The translations under genes and the position numbers were made by a program. Under the pieces are notes generated by a model. That model was given only the letters and a program-made list of their open reading frames with translations. It did no database searches and was not told the origin of the DNA. From contig CM060732.1 in the NCBI GenBank assembly GCA_030704615.1, positions 62,992,001-63,056,000 of the forward strand: a stretch of 64,000 nt of DNA, in the 5' to 3' direction. Positions 11,880 through 24,079 of this stretch are shown here, one piece after another; the stretch's first letter is position 1, and the number at the start of each line of letters is the position of its first letter. Source of the DNA: Takakia lepidozioides (lineage: Eukaryota; Plantae; Bryophyta).

Positions 11880-14442
11880 GGGCATAGCCATGATCATTAC
11901 AAGTTCCCTAGTTTCTCCTAGTTTCTCCTTCAGCTCATCTTGAATGAGCTCCAAGTTAGTTTCTCTCAAGAAGCATTTTAGCTGTTGATTAGAGGTTTTG
12001 GTAGTCCTCCTTTGATTGCAGCTAAGTCCTGCAGGGAATTCCACACAACATCTCTGACCACAAAGCACCTATTGAGCAAAGTAAAGTAGGTTGCTTTTGT
12101 AGTGGTGGTGTAAGTGTGTGGCCTTTAGTGGCAGCCATGACAATTCTAGTGTATTTGTGTAGTAATGGATACAGCTTTTGAGCAGAGCAGTAGTTAGTAG
12201 TTTCAAGGATGGGTACAACATATGCATTCAACGTTCAGGTGTAGTTTCTTGCTGTGAAGGCAACTGCTTCACATATTGATGTGCCTGAGGACAACTTCTT
12301 AATGTGATGACGATTTTGTTTCCTGGTATGCTTGTCCCAGTGTATAGTTGTTCTGTAAAACAACATTTTTTGAATTTTGATTGCTGCAAGATTTGGATAT
12401 AGCAGCATGATAATTGATTGAAAGCTCCTCAGGAGCATATGAGATGGTTGTAGCGCCATACAGTACAAGAGTAATTTTTTGCCTTCGATCATAGCAGTAA
12501 TTGGCAATGGTGTGTTAGAGTGGAGCAAATTATTCACAAAGTCTGGAGTGTTGAAGTGCTATGTGCGGGCATGTCGGCCCTTGGAGGGGGCAGGTGGATG
12601 TATGCTGCTATCTGGGGGGTTGATTTTGGGTTTGAAACTGATCTGGGTAAAACTCGAGATATGGGTTGCTGGTGGAGATGTTAGATTGTGATGGGTACAC
12701 GATTGCTTGATGTCAGGCCTGAGTGGGAGGCGGTGTTTGCACATTGTATCTTGTAGTGGCGTGGTGGGTCCATTAATGGGGCAGTGGAGTTCATGGCCAG
12801 AGCCTGAGTTTACCCAGGTCAGGCCCAATATGTTTCTGATTTTGCTAGCATAGTGGCAGGCCTGGTCTGGAAAGGATATCATGCTGCAATCACCAGATAG
12901 TAGGATCAGTGGGAAGCAGTTGATGGCATTAGCTCAAGGTAGGAATAACCATGTTTATCCTTGGGAGTCCTTGACTGGGACTATGTTAGAGTTTGAAGTG
13001 CACTCATCAAAATGACTGTGGTGGTGTCATTTCAAGATTACAGACTCCCGACCAGAAAATGGGTGACAAGCAGTCTTCATAATCAGCCTCCTTGGATCTT
13101 CAGAATCACAGCCCATGTGGAAAGATGCTAACACAAAATCACATGCCCCCAGATCACATGCTTTGAATTCAGACCTATACATTAGATGGCCTCGCACTTG
13201 CTATCTCAGCCCAAGCCTCTTGGTATGCTGTCCATCAAACTTCAGATTGCACTGAACTCTTTGTGAATGTACCACCAATTTCTGGTTGATTCACATTCAA
13301 AGAGACCTACGTGATCAGCCTCCTTGGAGCTTGATGTAACGTTGTGCATAGTTCATGACAGAATCCTAGCCCATGTGGCAACACGACAAGTTGTCGACTT
13401 GATGTATCTGTGGTAGTGATATAACATAAGGTGAACATGCAGGTTCCACAGCATTTAAAGAAGCATGACATCAACATGAGAGCCAGAGGCAGCAGATACT
13501 CATGTCTTGGAAAAAATCTTTGGAGGTCAGGTTGGGTTTGTGGTCCATGTCAGAACACTGGCCAAATGAGCACATCTATGTTGTTCTATATTAATACAAA
13601 TGTTTCCGCACGTTTGGTGTGTCTCCTCATAATCTCCAGCATGCCCCAACTGGACAACGCTCCCCAGAAGTTGAATGAATTTGTGCACGGGAATACGTAG
13701 CAGCTGGATGTAGTAAACATTACCGGCTGAGCCAACTGCAAGTTGGGATCTGCCTTGGCAAAGTTGGTTTTCACTGGAAGGCCTGCCAGCCAAGATGACA
13801 CAGTACCAACAGTCTCGTCGTCACCCTGTTTTCAGTAAATGACATGGTTGTAACACATACAACCCACCATTACTGGCAGGAAACAAGCAGAACATAAAAA
13901 CCCTTCCTTATCTCACATTGCAATGAAAAGGGAATCAGTAGGCCTCCAGCAAGTCAACCATAAAGAGCAAACAACATGACTGACGATAGATGGAAAACTA
14001 TAGTAGTGTATTTGCAGGAAGACTGGATGGCTATGCCCTACACACCCTGGCAGGAACCAAAATGGTGGGTGACAGCTCTACTTGCATGTTCACCTCACTG
14101 GTAATCCCTGGGGCAGATACCTGCATAGATGGTTTTCAGATATGCTTGTGAGAACTAAGTGGATGGATATTGGACCTTTCAGCAACCAGCCCCTCCCACA
14201 TAGAAATTTAGCTCCACATTGCCATGGATTCTACAAGCACCAATCAAGGCCCCCCACATTGAGGCACTGTGAAATTACCACTAGTACCTCAACAACCCAT
14301 CTATTGAAAACCTTGCTTCATGGATGTCAAACCCCACAATTTTTGAACATTTTTCATGATGCTAGAATGTTGATCACCAACATGTTGAAATTGTTGTGCA
14401 GGGTGCTGGGGAGCTAACTTTGCAGACTTGCGGTTTCTTCAT

Positions 14443-14705
14443 TCATGTATTAATGACGTGGTTGCATAATATCTCCCGCAAAGCTGCACCAACTATGTGG
14501 CCTCTTTCCACAGCTGGTTCTTGACTGTGGGCAACATTGTCTCGCTCCCTGATGGCTGCAAAAGCATCCATTTCATTGTAGATGTCCTTGAAATCAATCT
14601 CCTTGAAATCGACCAAGATGTTGTACAAGATGCAACAGGCATGGACCACTTGTGGCAGAAAATCAAGGTCGAGCTCGCTCCTCCAACCCACCTCTTTGAA
14701 TGCTT
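14443..14705 (-). pseudogene. C-terminal fragment of the Harbinger transposase
   Basis: AFKEVGWRSELDLDFLPQVVHACCILYNILVD...REILCNHV corresponds to the HARBI1 'ACCILHN' motif. Confidence 0.8.
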
Positions 14706-15172
14706 GCTTCAATGTGTGGAACTGGCTTTCAAGCTTGAGGTGATGGCTACTGCCAAACTTTAGTTTAATGGTTGCGGAAAGAAATATCATGCATCACATT
14801 TGAATGGCCAAAAGAGGGAGGGAGAGAGAATTCTCTTTTTTGGTTGATAGTGGGGTTTTTCCCCTGGACTCCATGAGTGTCTCTGATTGCTAATGTAGGG
14901 GTTCACTACAGGTTCGCTATATGCCAGTACAAAGCATTTTACCTGGGGAAGGTTTGTTTTTGCTGTCAACAAGGAAAGGTTGACCTCACAGTTTAGATGT
15001 TCCAGTCTTGGAGTGAGCTGCCACTTAGGCAATATGTGATCCCTTTAGCCAAGTCATGCCTGCCTTTTAGTTTTATGAGCAATCTGAAAAAGGCCTCCTA
15101 TTGCAGGTTTTATAGTGGCAGTGTTTTTTGGGCTTTCTTCCTTTTTGCCCAATCAAGGGGGTGATTTGAACG

Positions 15173-16245
15173 ATGACAAGTGACAAAATATTGTCTGCCA
15201 TGGGAGAGATCATGTTATTTTTGCAATTCATGCTTATGGAGGCTCCAGAGCTGTTTGGGATCAAGAGATACTCACAAGAGGCTTTACCATCATTCTTGCA
15301 TGATGTTGGCCTATTCGAGGAGGAGGATCCAAATATCAACCTCATCGCATGTAGGAGCTCCTTGCAGCGGCTTCTCACAATTATGAAATTCAAGCCAAGA
15401 GCTCGTCCATCTTCAGGGATGTGGGTCAAGCATAGGTCGAGAGCGTGGTTTGAGGACTTTCTTTTACAGTATGACGATGAAAGATGGCTACATATCATGA
15501 AGATGAGCTCAGGCACGTTTAGTGGCTGTGCGATACTCTTGCACCAGTTCTAAAGATGCAGGATACCAAGTATCGAAAGAGTTTATCTGTACCTATGAGA
15601 GTAGGGGCAGTACTTTACAAACTACTATGGGCGGCCGCAACCATTGAAATATCAGAGGGTTTTGGAATCGGTCGTTCAACTTTATACGAGCTTCTTCGAC
15701 AAGTAGTCCCTGCCATAATTTGCCTATTGGGTCACCATCTGCAATGGCAAGGTGGTGAAACTCTAAAAAGAACCATGCTCGAAAATGAGAGGAGATCAGG
15801 GATTCCGAATATTATTGGTGCAATTTATTGCACACAAATACGAATCAAGGCCCCAAACACTGACATCAAGTTCGACTATAGGAATAGAAATGGATACTAT
15901 TCTATGGTTCTACAAGGAGTAGTGGATGCAGATGCAAAGTTCGTGGACATCTACGTTGGAGAACCCGAAAGCATGAATGATGGTAGGGTGTTACGGAATT
16001 CCCCACTATTCCATCCGGCTTCTCAAGGAACTCTACTACGTGGTGAGAACGTAATTCTTGAGAATGGGCACCCAATTCCGCCACTCCTCATCGGTGACGC
16101 CATTTATCCTGCACTCCCATAGCTCATTCCTAGTTACAAGAGGGCTCCCAATGCTCCAGCCCTCTCTAGAGCCAAATCAGTTTTCAATCATCAATTATCG
16201 AAGGCAAAAATCTTCTCAGAAATTGCTTTTGGACGAATGAAAGGC
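15173..16245 (+). pseudogene. N-terminal and core part of the HARBI1-like DDE transposase
   Basis: MQDTKYRKSLS; IIGAIYCTQI (GAID with D->Y); YRNRNGYYSMVLQGVVD; SMNDGRVLRNS; LIGDAIYP; FNHQLSKAKIFSEIAFGRMK. One frameshift and one stop. Confidence 0.9.
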
Positions 16246-18535
16246 TCTGCCAAACATCTACGAATAGGGCTGGCACCCTTCACTGGCTTGATAAAGTGCT
16301 GATGCCAGCCACGGACACACTGAATCAATATCACATCTACAAGAAGAAATTAGAGTTGGGAGTTACCTTGCGGCGCATACCAGCCACGTTAGTAGGAGAA
16401 AACAGTGAGATCCAATTGAAGACATTCCTCTTTACCAATCCATGATGCTCCACATCTTTGGCGACTACAAACCTGAACAAAGAGCAGATGGCACAGATTC
16501 AATTCAGGTGGCACATATTTCCTTCCTAAATGGTCTGACAAATAAGGACAAGCAGATCGAAGAGAGGGTGTTGGGTTGGCCCAAAGGAGGGAGAGAGAAA
16601 GACCCATCCAGGATCAGCATTGCCACAAACCAGTCTCCATGAGAGCAAAGGAAGTGTGTACCAAGGTCCATTGGAGAGGCCCAGGCCTTGGCATTGACCT
16701 ATTGTGTAAAACCAAAACCCTCTATGAATTAAGAACTCTCCAGTCTCTGCTTCAAGGAGGCACCCTTCCTGCTCACCAAGATGCCTGGTTATGAACTTGA
16801 CCTGCATTAATATAGTTGGAAGCTGGTTAGAATCAGTGACCATCATGACATAGAATGTTGTAAAGCATGTCTAGTTATAGGTTTGATGAAAAGCTAGTGT
16901 GCTCATTAACCATTCCCTGGAAACACCACCTACTACGTAAGATTATGGGCTAAGTGTGGGTTGCACATGGTACCTTGCACCAAGCTGAGGCCGATCCGAT
17001 TAGGAAAACTGAGGATCTGCTGTGCGGGCTGGAACAGTAATTCAGATTCAGACAAGTGAAAATAATAATTCAGTGAACAGTAAATCATTTGTCTGATTAA
17101 TCACCTCTTGCGCTTACTTCAATCAGAGGGCAAGAGAGACATCTCACCTAAAAAGTTGATGAGCGGTTGCTGGTGCAGTGGATGTTTTGCCAGTACCAAG
17201 AGCCCATAAAACAGTAGGTGTGGTAACTGCATGCCTTACCCCATTACCCAACTCAGTATTCTCCCTCCTTGTCAAGCCCCCTCAACTTCCACAAGCCAGA
17301 CCATAAAATTAGCTTCAAGCAGGAGCATTCACATTGTGATTATCACAACAGCTTCATTAATGTAAAGGAGAAACGCACATTTCCAGTTTTCCAGCGTATT
17401 AGTGAGAGTCCGCACAGCCTCCTCTTGATGTGCACGTCCTTTACCTGATTGGGCCCACTACCATGACATCCAACCCCCTAAACTTAAGCTACTTCTTGCT
17501 CAAGTTTATTCAACTTGATGCGACTTGATTCAAGATGCTGCACATATGCCTGTACCACACAACCAACCACCCCTCACTCTCAGCTAAAGACCTACATATG
17601 CATTCGGTGTCTACTTGTGCCACAGACTTGAAACTGAAGCATACAACACATGTATCAGGCTTTGATCGAAGAGAAAACTACATTTTTCCTGAGCGGGGAA
17701 GCTTCGTAACTCATGTGGGAAAAAAAAAAACACATTTTGGAATGCAGTTGTGCGGCGCAGTGAGAAGCGTCCATGCCAGTGACCAAGTAGAGAAGTACCA
17801 GTGAAGGAACAGGATTTCAGGGACGTCCCTGGAGGCTGAACACGGGGAGAGAGAAAGTGGTTCGCGCGGGCAGGAAAGAAAACCGGGCAGCAGAGAAAAC
17901 CGGGCAGCAGCACGGTTTGTTAACCACGACGTGCCTAGTTAACTAGATGGCAGGTGCGGCCGGGTCCTTAATTAACTATCGGGCCGGTCACTTAACTGTC
18001 CGGTTAGCCGTCGGTTAGCTAACCGGCAGGTGCGGCCGCGGCCTAATTTCATCTTTTTTTGTCCTATGGAGATGTTCCCAATAAAACACATGTTCCCAAG
18101 AATATGTTCCCGATAGGTTAGCGTTGTCTGCTGGTGCGCCTCCAGCGGAAACAACCGCGATGCGGGAGAGGAGAGGAGCGAGGAGGGAGTTAGGGTTTTT
18201 GGGACCTGCAACTAACCCTTGGTCCGAATAGGTACTCAGTAGTAGGGACTAACTCATCGCTAGTAACATATACATTTATCACCCTTGTGTGAATAGGTCT
18301 TGGATTAGGTAGAATACATGCTGGGTAATACTTTTGACCGGGGGCTAGAGGGAGGGATAAATACGACCCGTACTGAACCCCTTCTACCCCTTGGTGCGAA
18401 TGGACCTTTTAAGGGCACTTTTAGCCAAAAATATATATACGATGGATGAGTATCGCCACTTTGGATGAAAAAGGAGATTTCTAGGCTAGGAAAGTAGGGG
18501 CCTTCACAAGCCCACGCACCCACACTCTTGAGTAA

Positions 18536-18746
18536 GGGTCACTTTACACTAGGGTCCAAGCCCAAAGCCGGCCAATATGCTTACATGGCACCTACTTTTG
18601 GCGCGAACTTCTTGGTCCAGACCAAAGAAAAGGAACCCTCCCGATAGCTGGGCCCAGCTCCTTGCCTCCGGACCAAGACACAGCCCAAGAGTGGCACTTC
18701 TCGGTCCCACGATTTCTTGGTCTTGGTCCCTAGTGTAAAGTGGGCC
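18536..18746. mobile_element. Tourist-like MITE (211 bp)
   Basis: 25-bp TIR (22/25) GGGTCACTTTACACTAGGGTCCAAG; TAA TSD on both sides. Confidence 0.85.
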
Positions 18747-19122
18747 TAAGTGATTGAATCCAGCCCCTTATAGTGAGAGAAGAAAATAACATCTTTCGTA
18801 GTAACCTCGCACAAAGAACCTCCCAACACTGGGTAAGTAGATGTAACACAAGTTTTGTCTTAATTCTGACAGTCATGGAAGGCATCTTGACAGAGAACTC
18901 TAGGAAAAAAATCATAACACTGAACCTTGGGAGCATAATGAACCAGGTTCTTCTCGGAATATTCTGGGATTGGCTATCTCTGAATAGCACGGATCTCATA
19001 GTAGGATCAACCGTCTGTCCGATACAATACTTTGGGGTCCTGCAGAGTTGAAGCATTTGAAGGTGCCACTACCTGTTGCATGCGGCAGAGGAGCAGACCG
19101 TGTGCGTGTGTGGAAGCTAGAC

Positions 19123-21538
19123 ATGTTTAGTAGCGAGGAAAGGCAAAAGCAGCGCACAGGCAAATACGGCACTTCTCGCGATCAGTACCTCCAGGTCTCT
19201 CTCACTCTTTCTTTTGCTGGCAATTTTTGGCACCGTATCCAGTTTGTTCGATGTCATTGATTGGTGGGTGAAAATGGGTGTGCAGGATTTGGTGACAGAG
19301 TTTCAAGAAACCGTCAGTGAGGGTATATCGCTTCCATACGACCGGCAAATTTCAGTCCTTCTCTTGTTGGTGACAGGGTTGTTTTGGTCTTCAGATGTAA
19401 CATGGTATTTCGTAGAGTTTGGCGTGGTCAAGCCATGTGTAGATCTGTGCGTGCAGGATCGGGCAGCAAAGTGCTCATGTGGTGGTGTCTTGAACCGTAT
19501 CACAAGATGCGGCCTGAGTTCTGAAAACCCTAATGCAGCTCAAGTTAACATAGTGCATGAGTGGGATAACTTGCGCTACTGTCAGTTCGACTCATGAAAT
19601 ATCTTGTAAATCGAGGCTTGTAGTATATCTTAATTCACAGGAAAGCAATGCGGGTGCAGAAGCAAAGGAGCAATTGGTGGCCCACTTGGCTAATTTTGCC
19701 TACGACCCATTCAATTATGACCATCTCCGCAAGGTACTTTCACTGTTTGTACATTCCCATCTATGGTTGTGGGTGATGTCCTGCAATATTATTAGGGAGA
19801 CCGCACACACGGTATGCTCGCAGATAGGGAGGGGATGTTTCATAAGAGTTTTCTTTTTGGAGTGGCTGCTCTACACCTTCTTTATCCCAATTTGAAACCC
19901 TTATTGTGGGTACACACTTTTCCTTGCTCAGTGATATCAAAGTCTGTATCTCTGTGCTGTAACAACCACGGACACACTGTCTCTGACTCTGTTAGCTCAC
20001 AACGATGTGCAGCTGCATGTCTTGGATCTATTTTTGGACTGCTTGACAGAACCTGATGAAAAGCTTGTGGAGTTTGGGGGAGGCGGGCTGTGCAATTGCA
20101 GTCCTGGTTAGTGCCATCGCAATTCCATCAAGTATTTGCATGGGTTGCTTGTTGCCGAACAAAGTGCAGAGAACAAAGTTTCGTTGACATTATGAGTGTG
20201 TCTATTGTCAGACAATCACCATATTCTAGTCTAGTAGTCTAAACTTTTGATTTTGCAGCGGTTAAGGTGGGGTCTTTATGTTGTGCTACTTATGGTCTAT
20301 CCAGAGTAGTGATAGGTGCTCAAGATGTATCACTGTTGGATTAGTCTTTGAATGCAGATTGATCGGTTAACTGCAGTTTATATGTATGGCAGATCCAGCA
20401 AATGCAAAGGTGATTGTGGAGAATGGCGGCATTCCTCTGATGATTTCGTGCTTATCAAGCCCTGTACAAAATACGGTGACCATCTACTCTTTCCCATTAC
20501 TGTTCTCTACAGAAGCTACACTTTACAGTAGGCTATGTGACTTCCATTTCAAAGCATTGGGAGATGTACCCATATTTGACACTCTGCTCTCAGCAGCCCA
20601 ATGCAAAACTGAGAACCATCTATGAGAGCTGGGGTCAACTGGCATCTACACAAGGCCTTCTCTATAAAGGACCAGGCAATGGCCACAAGGCTACGGCAAA
20701 CAACATCTTATGAGTACAATCTATAAAGGACCAGGTCAAAGGCTTTTCCAAAAGTCAGCGGTCCAAAGACAAGGGGCAGCCTATACTGCTTTCCGAAGTT
20801 GATCGGTTTGCCAATGTGTTAATTGTTCCATCTAAAACCAGGAGCTCTTTCTAAAGCCAGAGAGTTGTTAATTTCTGTGGGCACTATGCTCTCAAGTGTG
20901 TTCATAGCCAGGGACTAGGCAACCGGGAGTGATGGACATGTATGAGAGTGCAATGACTGTTTCATTCTGAGACAGTTATGCATCCTAGAGTTTTATGTGT
21001 TGTGGAGATAATGTCCACAAGGCTGTTGTGCATCTGTAAGCATCTTTGTTTCTAGTACACTCTCTCTTGCCCTTTGTGGTCAGATGTTGAGGTGCACAGT
21101 GGATTTCTTGAATATGGCATTTCGGGTTGAATGCCAGGTGTTATCTGCAATCACAACATTGTATTATCTCTGCAGTCCGTCGACTAAGAAAGGTAGTTGC
21201 CTTGCACTTCTCTTTATGCAGAATTTTTACTCTTTACTGCCCAAAATGACAGTCCAGAAACAGCTGATATCAGTTATCATTATGTTGAAGGTTTTCTCAT
21301 TTCGTCTCTGTTCTCTATGTTATAATGTTTTCTTTCTTCCCCTCCGTGGCTGCTTGGTGGTCAGCAGGTGGAAGTTGTTGTTACACAAATCTGACCAACC
21401 TCATGACTCTACTGTGCAGAAATATTGACACCGCAAGTTGTGGAATATATGAACACATATGTGAAGGCAGCAGATGCCAATGTTCTACTTAGTAATATAG
21501 CACAGGCCTTTATTGATAAGCATGTTCACACATCATGA
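19123..21538 (+). CDS. ARMC7: Armadillo repeat-containing protein 7, 177 aa; exons 19123-19194, 19286-19322, 19660-19733, 20013-20106, 20393-20475, 21138-21192, 21420-21538
   Basis: [31 protein letters not shown]...[31 protein letters not shown]...[10 protein letters not shown]. All introns GT-AG and phases consistent; no stops. Confidence 0.93.
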
Positions 21539-24079
21539 CGGCGAGAACCAGAGGCAAGGCTTAATATGCGGCTACAGTGGAGTTGCACTCTGAATGATGC
21601 CAGAAACGTGGCTGCAATGTGGGCCCAGACAAATGAATGGTGCAATTGGGCCCTTGGACAGCTGCCTCATACCCAAAATATGTGCTAGGACTTATTCAAC
21701 CCAAGGAGAGGGTCTACTGGTCTACTGGCCATGACTCTTTTGCATGGTTCCTGTCTGAAGGCAGAACCAGAGTGGGAGAAGTGTCCGTGATTCCTGGAAA
21801 GCCCACCAAGCATATCTCCCATGTCAACTGAAAACAACTGCAACATTTTTGTGTCTGGTAAATGTTGCTATTTATTCAGTTGCCTAGAATTGTTAGAAGT
21901 ATTCACAGTTGGGAACATTATAATCTTGAATGTCAAGCAGTCGAACCATTTCCAGGTTCACCGGGCTATACCACAAAGAATCAGCTTCTGTTTCCTTACG
22001 CATGGATCTAACAGGGAATGAAACATTGCCTTAAGAGACTAAACTAGCCTAAATGGTGGGGTCCTCCCTCTTCTCTGTCAATCAATGGGCGATGAATTTC
22101 CTTTACTTTCCTTTCCTGCCTTTCCTTCTGCATTTTAGTTGGGTTTTGCAATTCGGGTTTCAATTTCCTATGATATAGTAGGTAGACTAGGCTGACCAAA
22201 GGTGGCCTCAGTGTAGCAGAGGCAAGTGATTGGTGAAGCAATGTTGTCAGCCTAACCATGTAATGTGGCAGAGTCCTAGTTTTAGCACTTGATTGTCTAG
22301 CCAAATGCCTGCTCATAGATGCTTGGCTTTTCTCAATCCCTGCTCAGTACCGGTCAAGTATTGGAGGCACATGTATACCACAGTTTGGCCAACCAAAGGA
22401 GGTATTGGGAATTCTGTACTAACAGTACAGCAGCAAATACTTACCTCTACATCCCAACATGAAAACCGAACTCTCTGATATGCGCATTTGGTTGGTAAAT
22501 GATCTGACATACTTACTCGCCTGTTGCGCATGGGCTCAACAGCATAACCGGAGAAAGGGGAAATACTGTAGTAGATTCCCCCCCCCCCAAAAAAAGTACA
22601 CTATGTTTTTCCCATGAGGTTTGAGTGAACTGTTGACCCAAAGAGACCCATGTTTTCTGAATCAAGTTTCCGGTGTCTCTGTCGGCTCATGACTGCACTG
22701 CAGACAACAATTTGCAAGATATATGATTGAAATGTGAACCGAATGTGTATCTCCATCAGAGACATTATGCAATAACCCTCTGTCGATATCATGATAAGTG
22801 CGATGATGATAAATGGCTTACCAAAGTCTCCCTGCACTTGGGGTTGAGACTAATTTGATTTGGAGAGCATGTTGCTTGCTTCTGCCAATGCACTGTAACC
22901 CTACTTGATTTTTTTCTTTTGCAACTTGGCCCCTTTGAGGCGACTCTAGTGGGCTCTAAATTGGGTCTCCAGATGCAGCTTCCACATGATCGGACCATCA
23001 AAATGGTGCTCTAGGAGAATATCAGTAGTCAGACTCAAGCATGACCTCCTTGGGACTCGAGAAATATCCTTCATATCGGGCTTTGACCACTATTGTTCGT
23101 TCCTTCCTTCATTCAAAGCCCTGTGCTCAGCCGGCCCACTATCAGGTCCCAACAGCTTCTTCAAGAGAGAAAGGAAAAAACAAGAAAAATAACCTTCTGA
23201 AGCCTAACCTAATCAGTACAAACAAGTTCAGAGGCCAGTTGGGCAACAACTGCCTTCATCCTTTGTCTGCCACGTGCTGCCGATGCACATAAGTTTACGC
23301 CACCCTGCTGATCACAGATAGATAAAGAGTGCAGAAGAGAGAGTACCTATACCAAACAGTAAGTTAAGTAAAAGCACACATATCTGCATGAGTGCCAAGT
23401 TGGGTGTCAAGTGGGAATGTCAGACTGTCCATTACATTCCATGTCATAGTGCAGGGGATTATGCGATGGATTGTCCTGCGGTTGGTGTTGTTGGATGGTA
23501 TGGATGGTTAGAGACTCTGACTAAGTTTGATTGGTTGTTGGGTGGATCAAATGACGATTTCGGGTCCACAAAGGAAAAAGGGTTTGGAGACCATGATGCT
23601 GCACGCCAAGTAATAGAAAAGGCCCGGGAGTTGAATGCTCCCTGGGCGGGTGTGCCTGCGTGGCCCGCCCCTCCCCCCGCCCGCCCGGCCTCCACTGAAA
23701 GCCGTTATACATGAATGATGTCACACAGTCCTGCATCATGCATGTTCATCATGTGCCATGTAACATATTCATCCATCATCACCATACTATGAGACATCGA
23801 CATAGATACTTGGTTAGTCACACATCGATTCAAAATTCAATTTGAACTTGGAAATAATTATTTTAATTGACTGTAGCGGATGATTACTTCCGTCCGAGCA
23901 ATTGTCGGCCTGATCTCCTCTCCTCATCATTGTCCTCCTCGTTGTCCCATCACCGTGGCAACAACGTGTATCACCCTTGCATCCGCTGTGAAACCGAGTA
24001 TTGCTGAAACGACATGTCTGTACATGACAAAACTGAAGAGTTTATCCCCCCAACTGCTCCCCCATCTTGTTTCGAAACT

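Larger units (their letters stand above)
10265..18407. mobile_element. PIF/Harbinger DNA transposon (8143 bp, defective)
   Basis: Perfect 16-bp TIR AGGTCCATTCGCACCA (10265-10280 and 18392-18407). 3-bp TSD TTT, confirmed by comparison with the empty site in the other outer repeat. Carries Myb/SANT and HARBI1-like transposase remnants. Confidence 0.92.
1232..18508 (-). mobile_element. Decayed gypsy-integrase element with ~450-bp direct terminal repeats (outer layer of the nest)
   Basis: Termini TGTGAAG...CTTCACA; 4-bp TSD AGCC (1228-1231 and 18509-18512). The repeat at 1242-1683 matches 4641-4670 + 9927-10264 + 18408-18508 once the two nested elements are removed. Integrase remnant on the minus strand; no RT seen. 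Confidence 0.85.

Noticed and set aside
16576-16794. HWRGPGLGIDLL resembling GNAT acetyltransferase motif A
   Set aside because: Short isolated match in a 72-aa ORF with no other GNAT features.
23331-23350. agaagagagagtac similar to miR529
   Set aside because: Incomplete match, low complexity, and no fold-back arm seen.
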